A stretch of 64,000 bases of DNA, from positions 1 through 64,000 of the IMG/VR virus record IMGVR_UViG_651053022_000004; one strand, given 5' to 3'. Shown here piece after piece: positions 33,081-41,636 of this stretch. Each line of letters begins with the position of its first letter. Position 1 is the stretch's first letter. A program made the position numbers and the translations under genes. This stretch comes from a virus (taxonomy: Duplodnaviria; Heunggongvirae; Uroviricota; Caudoviricetes). The notes under the pieces are model-generated. The model ran no database searches, was not told where the DNA came from, and was given only the letters and a program-made list of their open reading frames with translations.

Positions 33081-33172
33081 GCAGAATATTTTGCTGAAAA
33101 ATGAGGTTGGCCAACGCGGGCGGATAACACGAAGTCCTGTGAACTGGCAAAACCTAAGTGAATAAAAGTAAA

Positions 33173-33210
33173 AACCCCGTTTGTTGGCAGCAAGCGGGGT
33201 TTTGTTTTTA
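33173..33210 (+). terminator. Candidate terminator downstream of endolysin copy B
   Basis: Hairpin ccccgtttg...caagcgggg followed by ttttgttttt. Confidence 0.5.
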
Positions 33211-33274
33211 TGGCAGTAAGCTATGGGAGGCTGCCTTGATTGATTTTAGCAAACTGATTAGGGAGTTGCGACTC

Positions 33275-33370
33275 ATGATTAGTCAATTACCAAACTGGAA
33301 ATTTTTGCTGGTCTGGAGCATCCCTTTTTTATGGGTAGTATCCCAGTTAATTGTGGCAATTAAGGGGTAG
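33275..33370 (+). CDS. Small hydrophobic peptide ORF 1
   Basis: 31 codons (MISQLPNWKFLLVWSIPFLWVVSQLIVAIKG), one predicted TM helix. Confidence 0.3.
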   Translation: MISQLPNWKFLLVWSIPFLWVVSQLIVAIKG

Positions 33371-33372
33371 CT

Positions 33373-33504
33373 ATGTCAGACAAACTCATAACGCCGGCAA
33401 AGGTCCTGTGTGTGATTGTCGGTATTTCATTTTCACTAATGCTGGTTGCTCTTTTTCTGTCCCTCGCCTGGGTGATGTTGTCTTCGTCGGGGCTGCTGGG
33501 GTGA
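33373..33504 (+). CDS. Small hydrophobic peptide ORF 2
   Basis: 43 codons (MSDKLITPAKVLCVIVGISFSLMLVALFLSLAWVMLSSSGLLG); GGGG motif 7 nt upstream of the ATG. Confidence 0.4.
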   Translation: MSDKLITPAKVLCVIVGISFSLMLVALFLSLAWVMLSSSGLLG

Positions 33505-33623
33505 CAGTGACTGATGACATCAGCAGAGCGCTGGCTTTTGCTATTAAGTGGGTGGCTGTTGGTATTGCTGTGTCTCCGATGCTGTATGGGCTGGCAAAAC
33601 TGGTCATTGCGCTGAAATCGTGA
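33501..33623 (+). CDS. Small hydrophobic peptide ORF 3 (GTG start assumed)
   Basis: 40 codons (…DDISRALAFAIKWVAVGIAVSPMLYGLAKLVIALKS); shares an RA(L/M)AFAI(K/R) motif with ORF 4. Confidence 0.35.
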   Translation: MTVTDDISRALAFAIKWVAVGIAVSPMLYGLAKLVIALKS

Positions 33624-33634
33624 ACTTTAAAAAG

Positions 33635-33721
33635 ATGAGTGCTGAACTTATTCGGGCAATGGCATTTGCCATTCGTATTGTGGCCATTGCTGTTCTGGTC
33701 TGGGCAATCCGTTGGTGGTGA
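33635..33721 (+). CDS. Small hydrophobic peptide ORF 4
   Basis: 28 codons ([28 protein letters not shown]); paralogous to ORF 3 with synonymous-site differences. Confidence 0.35.
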   Translation: MSAELIRAMAFAIRIVAIAVLVWAIRWW

Positions 33722-33722
33722 T

Positions 33723-34217
33723 ATGAACCGTGTTCTGTGTGTGGTGATTATTGTCATGCTGGTAGCCTGTGGTGTGCTTAGTCTGGGGCTGAATCATTAC
33801 CGCGATAACGCCATCACCTACAAAGCGCAGCGCGATAAAAAAGTCAGTGAGCTGAAACTGGCGAATGCCACTATTACTGACATGCAGCAGCGCCAGCGAG
33901 ATGTCGCTGCGCTTGATGCCAGATACACGAAGGAATTAGCCGATGCGAGAGCTGAAAATGAAACTCTGCGCGCTGATGTTGCCGCTGGTCGTAAGCGCCT
34001 GCGGGTCAACGCCACCTGCCCCGGTACCGTGCGTGAAGCCACCGGCACCTCCAGCGTGGATAATGCAACCGGCCCCCGACTGGCAGACACCGCTGAACGG
34101 GATTATTTCATCCTCAGAGAACGGTTGATGACAATGCAGAAGCAGCTGGAAGGGGCGCAGGAATATATCCGCACTCAGTGCACTAAGCTGGCTTTTTATT
34201 ATCCGGAGGATACATGA
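33723..34217 (+). CDS. Rz-like inner-membrane spanin, copy B (intact)
   Basis: Start at [21 protein letters not shown]...; Rz-like coiled-coil region; contains an embedded Rz1-like ORF. Confidence 0.8.
   Translation: MNRVLCVVIIVMLVACGVLSLGLNHYRDNAITYKAQRDKKVSELKLANATITDMQQRQRDVAALDARYTKELADARAENETLRADVAAGRKRLRVNATCPGTVREATGTSSVDNATGPRLADTAERDYFILRERLMTMQKQLEGAQEYIRTQCTKLAFYYPEDT
33943..34128 (+). CDS. Rz1-like outer-membrane lipoprotein spanin, copy B
   Basis: 61-aa ORF ([39 protein letters not shown]...) embedded in Rz in the +1 frame. Confidence 0.8.
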   Translation: MRELKMKLCALMLPLVVSACGSTPPAPVPCVKPPAPPAWIMQPAPDWQTPLNGIISSSENG

Positions 34218-34429
34218 AGAAATTACGGGTAACCGTAGAACCTTTTCAGGGAACAATTCCGTTCCGTATTTTGCAGCGTGGTCGTGTTCTTGTTGAAGGT
34301 TCGTTCAGTGGTAAATGTACGCAATTACACTCCCGGACCTTTCAGGTGAATGCCACGAATGAAGAGCTAACCGTGGAGTGTACGATGAATGCCGCTAAAT
34401 GCCGCATGGTATTACAGCCAGTGTGTTGA
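34214..34429 (+). CDS. Hypothetical protein
   Basis: 71-aa ORF overlapping the Rz stop; no recognisable motif. Confidence 0.25.
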   Translation: MKKLRVTVEPFQGTIPFRILQRGRVLVEGSFSGKCTQLHSRTFQVNATNEELTVECTMNAAKCRMVLQPVC

Positions 34430-34450
34430 GCGACCTTATTATCCATGCGC

Positions 34451-34621
34451 GGTATTGTCGCCGTATTCCTGCATTAACAGAGACCGCAGCCCGACAGGGA
34501 GACTCCTCTGCGCGAGTGTGCGGGGATAATCAAAAACGATACACACCGGGGTTTACCGCGTTAACGGAGCGCGGCGTTGTCCCCTCATAGTCGCCTGTCC
34601 GGTGCGATGGTGGAAGAAACC
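34451..34621. repeat. Repeat R2, copy B
   Basis: Aligns with 14126-14281; nested stems conserved with compensatory changes. Confidence 0.75.
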
Positions 34622-34627
34622 GAACGT

Positions 34628-34828
34628 TCATTTCTCGTTATTTGTCATGCTGGCCGGGCGCAGATGCGTTGCATCTGTTGCCAGCCTTCTCCTGCAGGCT
34701 TCAATAACCCACGCTGAAAAGTTACCGGACCCTTTATGCTCAAGGGCGATGTTGATCTGTTCAATTATGTGATTGGGGAAACGGATATTGCGGGTTGTGG
34801 TTCTGCGGGTCCGGTTTTTCGATGACAT
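34628..34828 (-). CDS. Ribbon-helix-helix (Arc/CopG-like) DNA-binding protein (start at internal ATG)
   Basis: 66-aa product MSSKNRTRRTTTRNIRFPNHIIEQINIALEHKGSGNFSAWVIEACRRRL...; basic N-terminus followed by strand-helix-helix-like pattern. Confidence 0.45.
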   Translation of the reverse strand: MSSKNRTRRTTTRNIRFPNHIIEQINIALEHKGSGNFSAWVIEACRRRLATDATHLRPASMTNNEK

Positions 34829-34869
34829 ATTTATTTCCTTTACTGATTGCCATATGACGGGGATTTTAC

Positions 34870-35235
34870 ATGGCTGAGCTTCGTACACTCCAGAGCAGAA
34901 TCAAAACACTGAATACCCGACGGGTGAATATTCTGAAGGGGGAGCAGCGTCGTGTCAGTGGCAGTGCACGTGTTTCCCTCAAGCGTCATATCTGGCTGAG
35001 GGACGCCGGGCAGTGCTGTATCTGTGGTCGTGTGGTTGACCTCTGTGACAGTGAACTCGATCACCGAATTGCACTTCAGTTCGGTGGTGGTAATGAGGAG
35101 ACGAATCTTTGGACGCTCTGTGCCGAATGCCATCGACAAAAGTCTGCTCGTGAAGCGGCGAGTGGTATGCCGGACCCGACGCTGCCGGAGGTGTCCGGAG
35201 GTAGTGGCAGAGAGGACGACATCATCGGACTGTAA
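34870..35235 (+). CDS. HNH endonuclease upstream of a terminase small-subunit gene
   Basis: 121 aa with Cys-x-x-Cys ... DHRIALQFGG ... N ... CAECH motif arrangement typical of phage HNH nucleases. Confidence 0.8.
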   Translation: MAELRTLQSRIKTLNTRRVNILKGEQRRVSGSARVSLKRHIWLRDAGQCCICGRVVDLCDSELDHRIALQFGGGNEETNLWTLCAECHRQKSAREAASGMPDPTLPEVSGGSGREDDIIGL

Positions 35236-35326
35236 CCCAACCCGGGGGGGGTATCATCCGGCGTAAAAAACGATCGCTTTGGACACCGCGCCCCCTCTCA
35301 CGCAGAGAAAAAATTCCCGTTTCAGG

Positions 35327-35455
35327 GCAGTTAACATGTTAACTGGCTGCCCGGGCATTTTTGCGGTTTTTATCTTTATTATTCAGTTTGTTGTGCGGAA
35401 AAAATGTTAACAGGCTTTTTCAGCAAATGTTAACCAGGCAGCAGTTAACATTTGC
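35327..35455. promoter_or_regulatory. Cluster of five ATGTTAAC/GTTAACAT octamers upstream of terS (candidate terminase recognition site)
   Basis: gcagttaacatgttaactggc, aaaatgttaacagg, caaatgttaaccagg, gcagttaacatttgc within ~130 bp. Confidence 0.4.
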
Positions 35456-35525
35456 GGCATGAGACGCCGGGAAAAATGGGCTGAACCATACCCGGCTGAG
35501 TGCGTTCTGGACCCGGGAGGAGGCT

Positions 35526-36089
35526 GTGCTGACAACGCAAAAACGAAAATTTGCGCTGGCGCTCATGTCCGGGAAAAACAAAACAGCGTCAGCCATTGCC
35601 GCCGGTTATTCGGCGAAGACCGCCAGGGTTAAAGGCTCGCAGCTGGCAAAAGATCCTGAGGTGCTTGCGTTTATAGCCCGTAAACAATGCGAGACGGTGG
35701 AGGTGGATGAGGTTCCTGTTTACCGGCAGAAAAAATCAGAGCAGGAGGATAAACCCCGTCGCCGTGAGGCGGCTGCAATACCACAGCCGGACGAAAACAA
35801 TCTGGAGATGCCACCGTCCGCGGTGATGTCTCCTGGTATTGAATATATGGAGGATGGTCTTCCCGATCCGGTGAAAGCCATGGGGCGGATCCTGGTGGAA
35901 AACCTCTGCATTGATCCGAAACTGGCACTGGATGCGGCCTGGCGTCTGGCGCAGTTCACGCACCATAAAAAAGGGGATACCGGGAAAAAATCGGCAAAAG
36001 GTGATGCCGCGAAAAAAGCGGCTAACCGTTTTGCGGTGCCACCGCCCCCCCGACTGGTGGTGAATAACGATAATGAGGGCAACGGATGA
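35526..36089 (+). CDS. Terminase small subunit
   Basis: 187-aa ORF directly upstream of and overlapping the large terminase gene; N-terminal HTH-like region. Confidence 0.75.
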   Translation: MLTTQKRKFALALMSGKNKTASAIAAGYSAKTARVKGSQLAKDPEVLAFIARKQCETVEVDEVPVYRQKKSEQEDKPRRREAAAIPQPDENNLEMPPSAVMSPGIEYMEDGLPDPVKAMGRILVENLCIDPKLALDAAWRLAQFTHHKKGDTGKKSAKGDAAKKAANRFAVPPPPRLVVNNDNEGNG

Positions 36090-37747
36090 TACCTGTATGG
36101 AGCACAGCCTGCCCGGACTGGGCAGAGCGCCTGAAAAAGGGGCTGTCGATTATTCCGGATCCGATTTATCCGGACGAGGCCGCACATGCCCTGGCGATTT
36201 TTAAACAACTGCGGATTGTGGATGCACCTGGTAGCCCTACGTTCGGGGAGTCCTGTGCACCGTGGGTGTTTGACCTGGTGGCGGCCCTGTTTGGCTCCTA
36301 CGATGCGCAGACCGGTGTACGCCATATCAAGGAAGTTTTTATCCTTATCCCCAAGAAAAACTCGAAGTCCACGCTGGCCGCGGGGATCATGATGACTGCA
36401 CTGTTACTGAACTGGCGGCAGGCGGCGGGTTACACGATTCTGGCCCCGACTGTGGAGGTGGCGGCCAACGCCTTCAACCCTGCCCGGGATATGGTACGAC
36501 GTGACGATGATCTGGATGACCTCTGCCAGGTACAGACCCATATCCGGACCATCACCCACCGAGTGACGGACACCACCCTGAAGGTGGTGGCAGCCGATCC
36601 GAATACGGTGTCCGGTATCAAGTCCGTGGGTACGCTGATTGATGAGTTGTGGCTGTTTGGCAAGCAGTGCAAGGCGGAGGACATGTTACGTGAAGCCATA
36701 GGCGGCCTTGCCTCCCGCCCGGAAGGGTTTGTGGTGTATACGACCACCCAGTCGAATGAACCGCCCGCCGGGGTGTTCAGACAGAAACTGCAGTACGCCC
36801 GGGATGTGCGCGACGGCAAAATTCATGATCCGCACTTTCTGCCGGTGATATTTGAACACCCTCCTGAAATGGTGGAAAGCGGGACTAACCTGCTGATGGA
36901 AAACCTCGCCATGGTCAATCCGAATCTCGGCTATTCAGTGGATGAGGCCTTTCTGTACCGGGAGTACCGTAAAGCCCGGGAAGCCGGTGAAGAGACATTC
37001 CGGGGGTTCATGTCAAAACACGCCAATGTGGAAATTGGTCTTGCCCTGCGCTCTGACCGCTGGGCGGGGGCTGATTTCTGGGAAGAGCAGGGCCGTTGTA
37101 TCAGCCTGGACGATATCCTGCGTCGTGCTGATGTGGTGACGGTGGGGATTGACGGCGGAGGGCTGGATGATCTGCTGGGGATGTATGTGATTGGGCGTGA
37201 CCGGGAGACCCGCGAATGGCTGGGCTGGGGCCATGCCTGGGCGCATGAAACCGCGGTGGTCCGACGGAAGAGCGAGGCGTCCCGGTTTCAGGATCTTGTT
37301 GCCTGTGGAGATATGACCATTGTCCGGCGTGTCGGGGATGACACGGCGGAAGTGGCGGAATATGTGCGTCGCATTCATGAGGCTGAGTTACTGGACCATA
37401 TCGGTATTGACCCGTCAGGGGTGGGGCAGATTCTGGATTCACTGGCGGAAGCCGGGATCCCCGACGGAATTGTGGTGGGGATAAGCCAGGGCTGGAAACT
37501 GGGCGGGGCCATTAAAACCACCGAGCGCAAACTGGCTGAAGGGGTGCTGGTGCATGGTGACCAGCCCCTGATGGCCTGGTGTGTCGGCAATGCCCGGGTG
37601 GAGCCTAAAGGTAACGCCATTCTTATCACCAAACAGGCCAGTGGACGGGGAAAAATTGACCCGCTGATGGCGCTGTTCAATGCGGTCTCCCTGATGTCCC
37701 TTAACCCGGAACCGAAAAAGAAAGAATATGCGGTTTTTTTCATATAA
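36086..37747 (+). CDS. Terminase large subunit
   Basis: 553 aa; Walker-A-like ILIPKKNSKST; size and position typical. Confidence 0.85.
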   Translation: MIPVWSTACPDWAERLKKGLSIIPDPIYPDEAAHALAIFKQLRIVDAPGSPTFGESCAPWVFDLVAALFGSYDAQTGVRHIKEVFILIPKKNSKSTLAAGIMMTALLLNWRQAAGYTILAPTVEVAANAFNPARDMVRRDDDLDDLCQVQTHIRTITHRVTDTTLKVVAADPNTVSGIKSVGTLIDELWLFGKQCKAEDMLREAIGGLASRPEGFVVYTTTQSNEPPAGVFRQKLQYARDVRDGKIHDPHFLPVIFEHPPEMVESGTNLLMENLAMVNPNLGYSVDEAFLYREYRKAREAGEETFRGFMSKHANVEIGLALRSDRWAGADFWEEQGRCISLDDILRRADVVTVGIDGGGLDDLLGMYVIGRDRETREWLGWGHAWAHETAVVRRKSEASRFQDLVACGDMTIVRRVGDDTAEVAEYVRRIHEAELLDHIGIDPSGVGQILDSLAEAGIPDGIVVGISQGWKLGGAIKTTERKLAEGVLVHGDQPLMAWCVGNARVEPKGNAILITKQASGRGKIDPLMALFNAVSLMSLNPEPKKKEYAVFFI

Positions 37748-37770
37748 CCCTGTTCACACTGTAACCATCA

Positions 37771-37795
37771 CGAACCGCTCCGGCGGTTTTTTTAT
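37771..37795 (+). terminator. Hairpin plus U-tract immediately upstream of the capsid-fusion gene RBS
   Basis: ccgctccggcgg followed by tttttttattttcaggagg. Confidence 0.4.
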
Positions 37796-37810
37796 TTTCA
37801 GGAGGCTGAT

Positions 37811-39748
37811 GTGACTCTTAAACGGGCCTGTTCCCTGCTGACGGTGAAATCCTTCAGTGAGGATGAACGGGTGATCACCGGGATTGCGTCAACGCCTTCT
37901 CCGGATCGGGATGGTGACATCCTGGAGCCGGAGGGCGCGGAGTTTGGCAGTGCGATCCCGTTTCTCTGGCAGCATGACCATTCCCGCCCGGTGGGGCAGT
38001 GTACGGTGCGCCGGGTCAGCGAAGGGCTGGAAATCACGGCAACACTGGTGAAGCCCGTACCGGATATGCCGTCGCAACTGGCTGCCCGGCTGGATGAGGT
38101 CTGGGCGGCCATTAAGACCGGGCTGGTCAGGGGGCTGTCCGTGGGCTTCCGTCCCCATGAATACACCTTTCTGGACGGAGGCGGACTGCATTTTCTGCGC
38201 TGGGAACTGATGGAGGTGTCTGCCGTCACCGTGCCCGCGAATGCGGAATGCACCATCCGGACCATTAAATCTTACGACCGCCCGTTTTCTGCCGCGTCCG
38301 GCAACCGGAAACCGGTGGTGAAAATCGCATCTTCTGCCGGCGCTGCGGCACAGTCAACAACCGTTTTTCATAAGGAAAAGACCATAATGAATATTGGCGA
38401 ACAGATTAAAAGTTTTGAAAACAAGCGTGCAGCGCTGGCAGCCTCCCTTGAGGAGGTCATGACCAAAGCCGCAGAGGAAGGGCGCACGCTGGATGTGGAG
38501 GAGGAAGAGCATTACGACAACACCGCAGCGGAAATCCGTCAGGTGGATGCGCACCTGAAGCGCCTGCGTGAACTGGAAGCCGGTAAGGCCGCCACGGCGC
38601 AGCCGGTGAAACAGGCCGGTAACGGGAATGTGGCCGCGGTGGCTTCTGCGCCGGTGATCCGTGTGGAGCAGAAACTGGATAAGGGGATTGGCTTCGCCCG
38701 CTTTGCCAAATCGCTGGCTGCGGCTAAAGGCGTCCGATCTGAAGCCCTGGAAGTGGCCCGTCGTCAGTATCCGGATGACAGTCGTCTGCATCATGTCCTG
38801 AAATCGGCAGTGGGCGCGGGGACCACCACGGATCCGCAGTGGGCAGGCAGCCTGTCTGAATATCAGGAATACGCACAGGACTTTATTGATTACCTGCGTC
38901 CGCAGACCATTATCGGGCGATTTGGTCAGGGCGGGATCCCTGCACTTCGTCAGGTGCCATTCAATATCCGTGTGCACGCCCAGGTGTCCGGCGGTGCTGC
39001 CGGCTGGGTGGGTGAGGGTAAGGCAAAACCCCTGACGAAGTTTGATTTTGAATCCATCACCTTCAGTCATGCGAAGGTGTCGGCCATTGCGGTACTGACG
39101 GAAGAATTGATCCGTTTTTCCAGTCCGGCTGCTGATGCACTGGTCCGTAATGCGCTGGCGGAAGCGGTGGTGGCGCGTCTGGATACAGACTTTGTGGACC
39201 CGAAAAAAGCCGCAGTGGCAGATGTCTCCCCGGCGTCCATCACCCATGATGTGAAGGGCACGGCATCAACCGGTAACCCGGATGCGGATGCAGAGGCTGC
39301 GTTTGGACAGTTTGTGGCAGCAAACCTGCAGCCCACCGGTGCGGTCTGGCTGATGTCCAGCACCAATGCCCTGGCACTGTCCATGCGTAAAAATGCGCTG
39401 GGTCAGAAGGAATACCCGGACATGACCCTGCTGGGTGGCTCCTTCCAGGGGCTGCCGGTGATTGTCTCCCAGTACGTGGGTGACCAGCTGGTGCTGGTGA
39501 ATGCCCCGGATATTTATCTGGCGGATGACGGCGGCGTGGCAGTGGATATGTCCCGCGAGGCATCACTGGAAATGCAGTCTGAGCCGACCGGCGACAGTAC
39601 CACGCCGTCCCCGGTGGAGCTGGTTTCCATGTTCCAGACAGGCAGCGTGGCCATCCGTGCGGAGCGCTGGATCAACTGGCGTCGTCGCCGTACTGCGGCG
39701 GTGGCGGTGATCACCGGAGTGAACTACGGCAGTGCGTCCGGCGGCTGA
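37811..39748 (+). CDS. Prohead protease - scaffold-like linker - HK97-fold major capsid protein fusion
   Basis: 645 aa; N-terminus (…GIASTPSPDRDGDILEP…) protease-like, central coiled-coil-like acidic segment, C-terminus capsid-like; paralogous to the separate protease and capsid of the third module. Confidence 0.75.
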   Translation: MTLKRACSLLTVKSFSEDERVITGIASTPSPDRDGDILEPEGAEFGSAIPFLWQHDHSRPVGQCTVRRVSEGLEITATLVKPVPDMPSQLAARLDEVWAAIKTGLVRGLSVGFRPHEYTFLDGGGLHFLRWELMEVSAVTVPANAECTIRTIKSYDRPFSAASGNRKPVVKIASSAGAAAQSTTVFHKEKTIMNIGEQIKSFENKRAALAASLEEVMTKAAEEGRTLDVEEEEHYDNTAAEIRQVDAHLKRLRELEAGKAATAQPVKQAGNGNVAAVASAPVIRVEQKLDKGIGFARFAKSLAAAKGVRSEALEVARRQYPDDSRLHHVLKSAVGAGTTTDPQWAGSLSEYQEYAQDFIDYLRPQTIIGRFGQGGIPALRQVPFNIRVHAQVSGGAAGWVGEGKAKPLTKFDFESITFSHAKVSAIAVLTEELIRFSSPAADALVRNALAEAVVARLDTDFVDPKKAAVADVSPASITHDVKGTASTGNPDADAEAAFGQFVAANLQPTGAVWLMSSTNALALSMRKNALGQKEYPDMTLLGGSFQGLPVIVSQYVGDQLVLVNAPDIYLADDGGVAVDMSREASLEMQSEPTGDSTTPSPVELVSMFQTGSVAIRAERWINWRRRRTAAVAVITGVNYGSASGG

Positions 39749-39792
39749 GTCTGATAAGGAGGACGGGAGGCGTGCGCCTCCCGTAACAGGTT

Positions 39793-40014
39793 ATGGCAAA
39801 GATCCGATATCTGCAGGGCACGCATGATGCCCGGGCCGGGGATATCCGTGATGTGGCACAGCCGTGTGCGGAGGTGCTGGTTCGCCTGGGAAAGGCGGAG
39901 TACATCACGGTGCGACGTCCGGCAGGTCAGAAAAAGAAACGTGATGCGGAGCATGGCGAATGTGGAACCTTTTACGGCGAACCCGAAAAAACCAGAAATC
40001 AGGACGTGACGTAA
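39793..40014 (+). CDS. Hypothetical small protein between capsid and portal genes
   Basis: 73-aa ORF after a GGGAGGCGtgCGCCTCCC hairpin; overlaps the portal start. Confidence 0.3.
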   Translation: MAKIRYLQGTHDARAGDIRDVAQPCAEVLVRLGKAEYITVRRPAGQKKKRDAEHGECGTFYGEPEKTRNQDVT

Positions 40015-41636
40015 GAGAGGCGGGCTGGACCAGCCTGTTTCAGGCGGTGGCTGAGCCCTTTTCCGGCGCCTGGCAGCAGGGCGTGAAAGCCGATCCTGAA
40101 GCCGTCCTCTCCTTTCATGCGGTGTTTGCATGTATTTCGCTGATATCCCGGGATATCGCCAAAATGCGGCTGCGTCTTATGCAGACGGATGCGCATGGGA
40201 TACGCAGGGAAACGCGCCGGGGGGATATTGCCCGCCTCTGTCGTCGTCCCAACGCCCAGCAGAACCGCATCCAGTTTTTTGAACTGTGGCTGAACGCCAA
40301 ACTGCGTCATGGCAATACGGTGGTGCTGAAAATCCGTAATGCCCGGGGGCAGATCAAAGAACTGCGTATTCTGGACTGGAGCCGGGTTGAACCTCTGGTG
40401 GCGGATGACGGCGAGGTGTTCTACCGCATCACGCCGGACCGGAACTGCGGGATCACGGAGGCGGTGACGGTGCCTGCCCGGGAAGTGATCCACGACCGGT
40501 TTAACTGTTTTTTTCATCCGCTTATAGGATTGCCGCCGGTGTATGCCGCCGGGCTGGCGGCCACGCAGGGGCATCATATTCAGGAAAATTCGACGTCTTT
40601 TTTCAGAAATGGCGGCAGGCCGTCCGGGGTGATTGAGATCCCCGGCAGTATTACGGAAGAAAATGCGAAAAAACTGAAGAGCAACTGGGACAGCGGGTAT
40701 ACAGGCGAAAATGCGGGGAAAACGGCCATTCTGAGCAACGGGGCAAAATACAACCCCACGACGTTTTCACCTGTGGATGCGCAGACGGTGGAACAACTGA
40801 AGATGACCGCTGAAATTGTCTGTTCGGTGTTCCGTGTCCCGGCCTACAAGATTGGCGTGGGACAACCGCCTTCCAGTGACAACGTGGAGGCGCTGGAGCA
40901 GCAGTATTATTCCCAGTGCCTGCAGACGCTGATTGAGTCCATTGAACTGTTACTGGATGAGGCGCTGGAAACGGGGGAAAACGAGAGTACAGAATTTGAT
41001 GTCACCACGCTGCTGAGAATGGACAGTGAGCGGCGCATGAAAACGCTGGGGGATGCGGTGAAAAATACGCTTCTCACGCCCAATGAGGCCCGTAAACGGG
41101 AGAACCTGCCGCCCCTGGCCGGCGGTGATGCACTGTATCTTCAGCAGCAGAACTACAGTCTGGAGGCGCTGTCCCGTCGTGATGCCCGTGAGGATCCGTT
41201 CGCGTCTGCCGGGAAAACAGTTTCATCACAGCTGCCTGACGGCGCATCTGACGGTAATAAGGCAATCAGTGAAACAGAGCATGATGCGGTGAAAGCGATG
41301 TTCAGGGGGGATACTGAGAAAATGACGGAACGGGAACTGTCCATTATTCGTGCACTGGGAGAAGAATTCTCCACAGTGCTGGCGGATTTACAGCGCACAT
41401 TTGAGGGGAAGATGGCCTCGCAGGCACAAGCGTTTGAAGAGAAACTGACTTCCCTGTCGGCGGTATTACAGAAGCATGTGACGGTGGATGAGGTGCGTCC
41501 GGTTCTGCAGGCGATGGTGGATGACGCTGTGGGGGCCATTCCGGTACCGCGTGATGGTCGTGATTATGATCCGGATGTACTGCAGCATGGTGAAGGAGGC
41601 TGTAAGCCATATCCCTGTTCCGCGCGACGGTCGTGA
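39960..41636 (+). CDS. Portal protein (3' end enters a tandem-repeat region; start uncertain)
   Basis: 558 aa; colinear with the third-module portal (…FF(R)NGG…, …FNVPA/FRVPAYKIG…); its C-terminus carries the first PVPRDGRDYDPDVLQ unit. Confidence 0.7.
   Translation: MWNLLRRTRKNQKSGRDVREAGWTSLFQAVAEPFSGAWQQGVKADPEAVLSFHAVFACISLISRDIAKMRLRLMQTDAHGIRRETRRGDIARLCRRPNAQQNRIQFFELWLNAKLRHGNTVVLKIRNARGQIKELRILDWSRVEPLVADDGEVFYRITPDRNCGITEAVTVPAREVIHDRFNCFFHPLIGLPPVYAAGLAATQGHHIQENSTSFFRNGGRPSGVIEIPGSITEENAKKLKSNWDSGYTGENAGKTAILSNGAKYNPTTFSPVDAQTVEQLKMTAEIVCSVFRVPAYKIGVGQPPSSDNVEALEQQYYSQCLQTLIESIELLLDEALETGENESTEFDVTTLLRMDSERRMKTLGDAVKNTLLTPNEARKRENLPPLAGGDALYLQQQNYSLEALSRRDAREDPFASAGKTVSSQLPDGASDGNKAISETEHDAVKAMFRGDTEKMTERELSIIRALGEEFSTVLADLQRTFEGKMASQAQAFEEKLTSLSAVLQKHVTVDEVRPVLQAMVDDAVGAIPVPRDGRDYDPDVLQHGEGGCKPYPCSARRS

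Larger units (their letters stand above)
30042..35250. mobile_element. Rearranged late/lysis region joined to the truncated K gene (second lysis cassette, duplicated and chimeric segments)
   Basis: AT-rich junction after K codon ~133, then DUF1737-like ORF, pinholin, two endolysin copies, two Rz copies, repeats, RHH and HNH genes. Confidence 0.7.

Noticed and set aside
34628-35235. RHH protein plus HNH gene as a toxin-antitoxin pair
   Set aside because: The genes are divergent rather than co-transcribed, and the HNH gene sits in the typical position of a terminase-associated nuclease directly upstream of terS.
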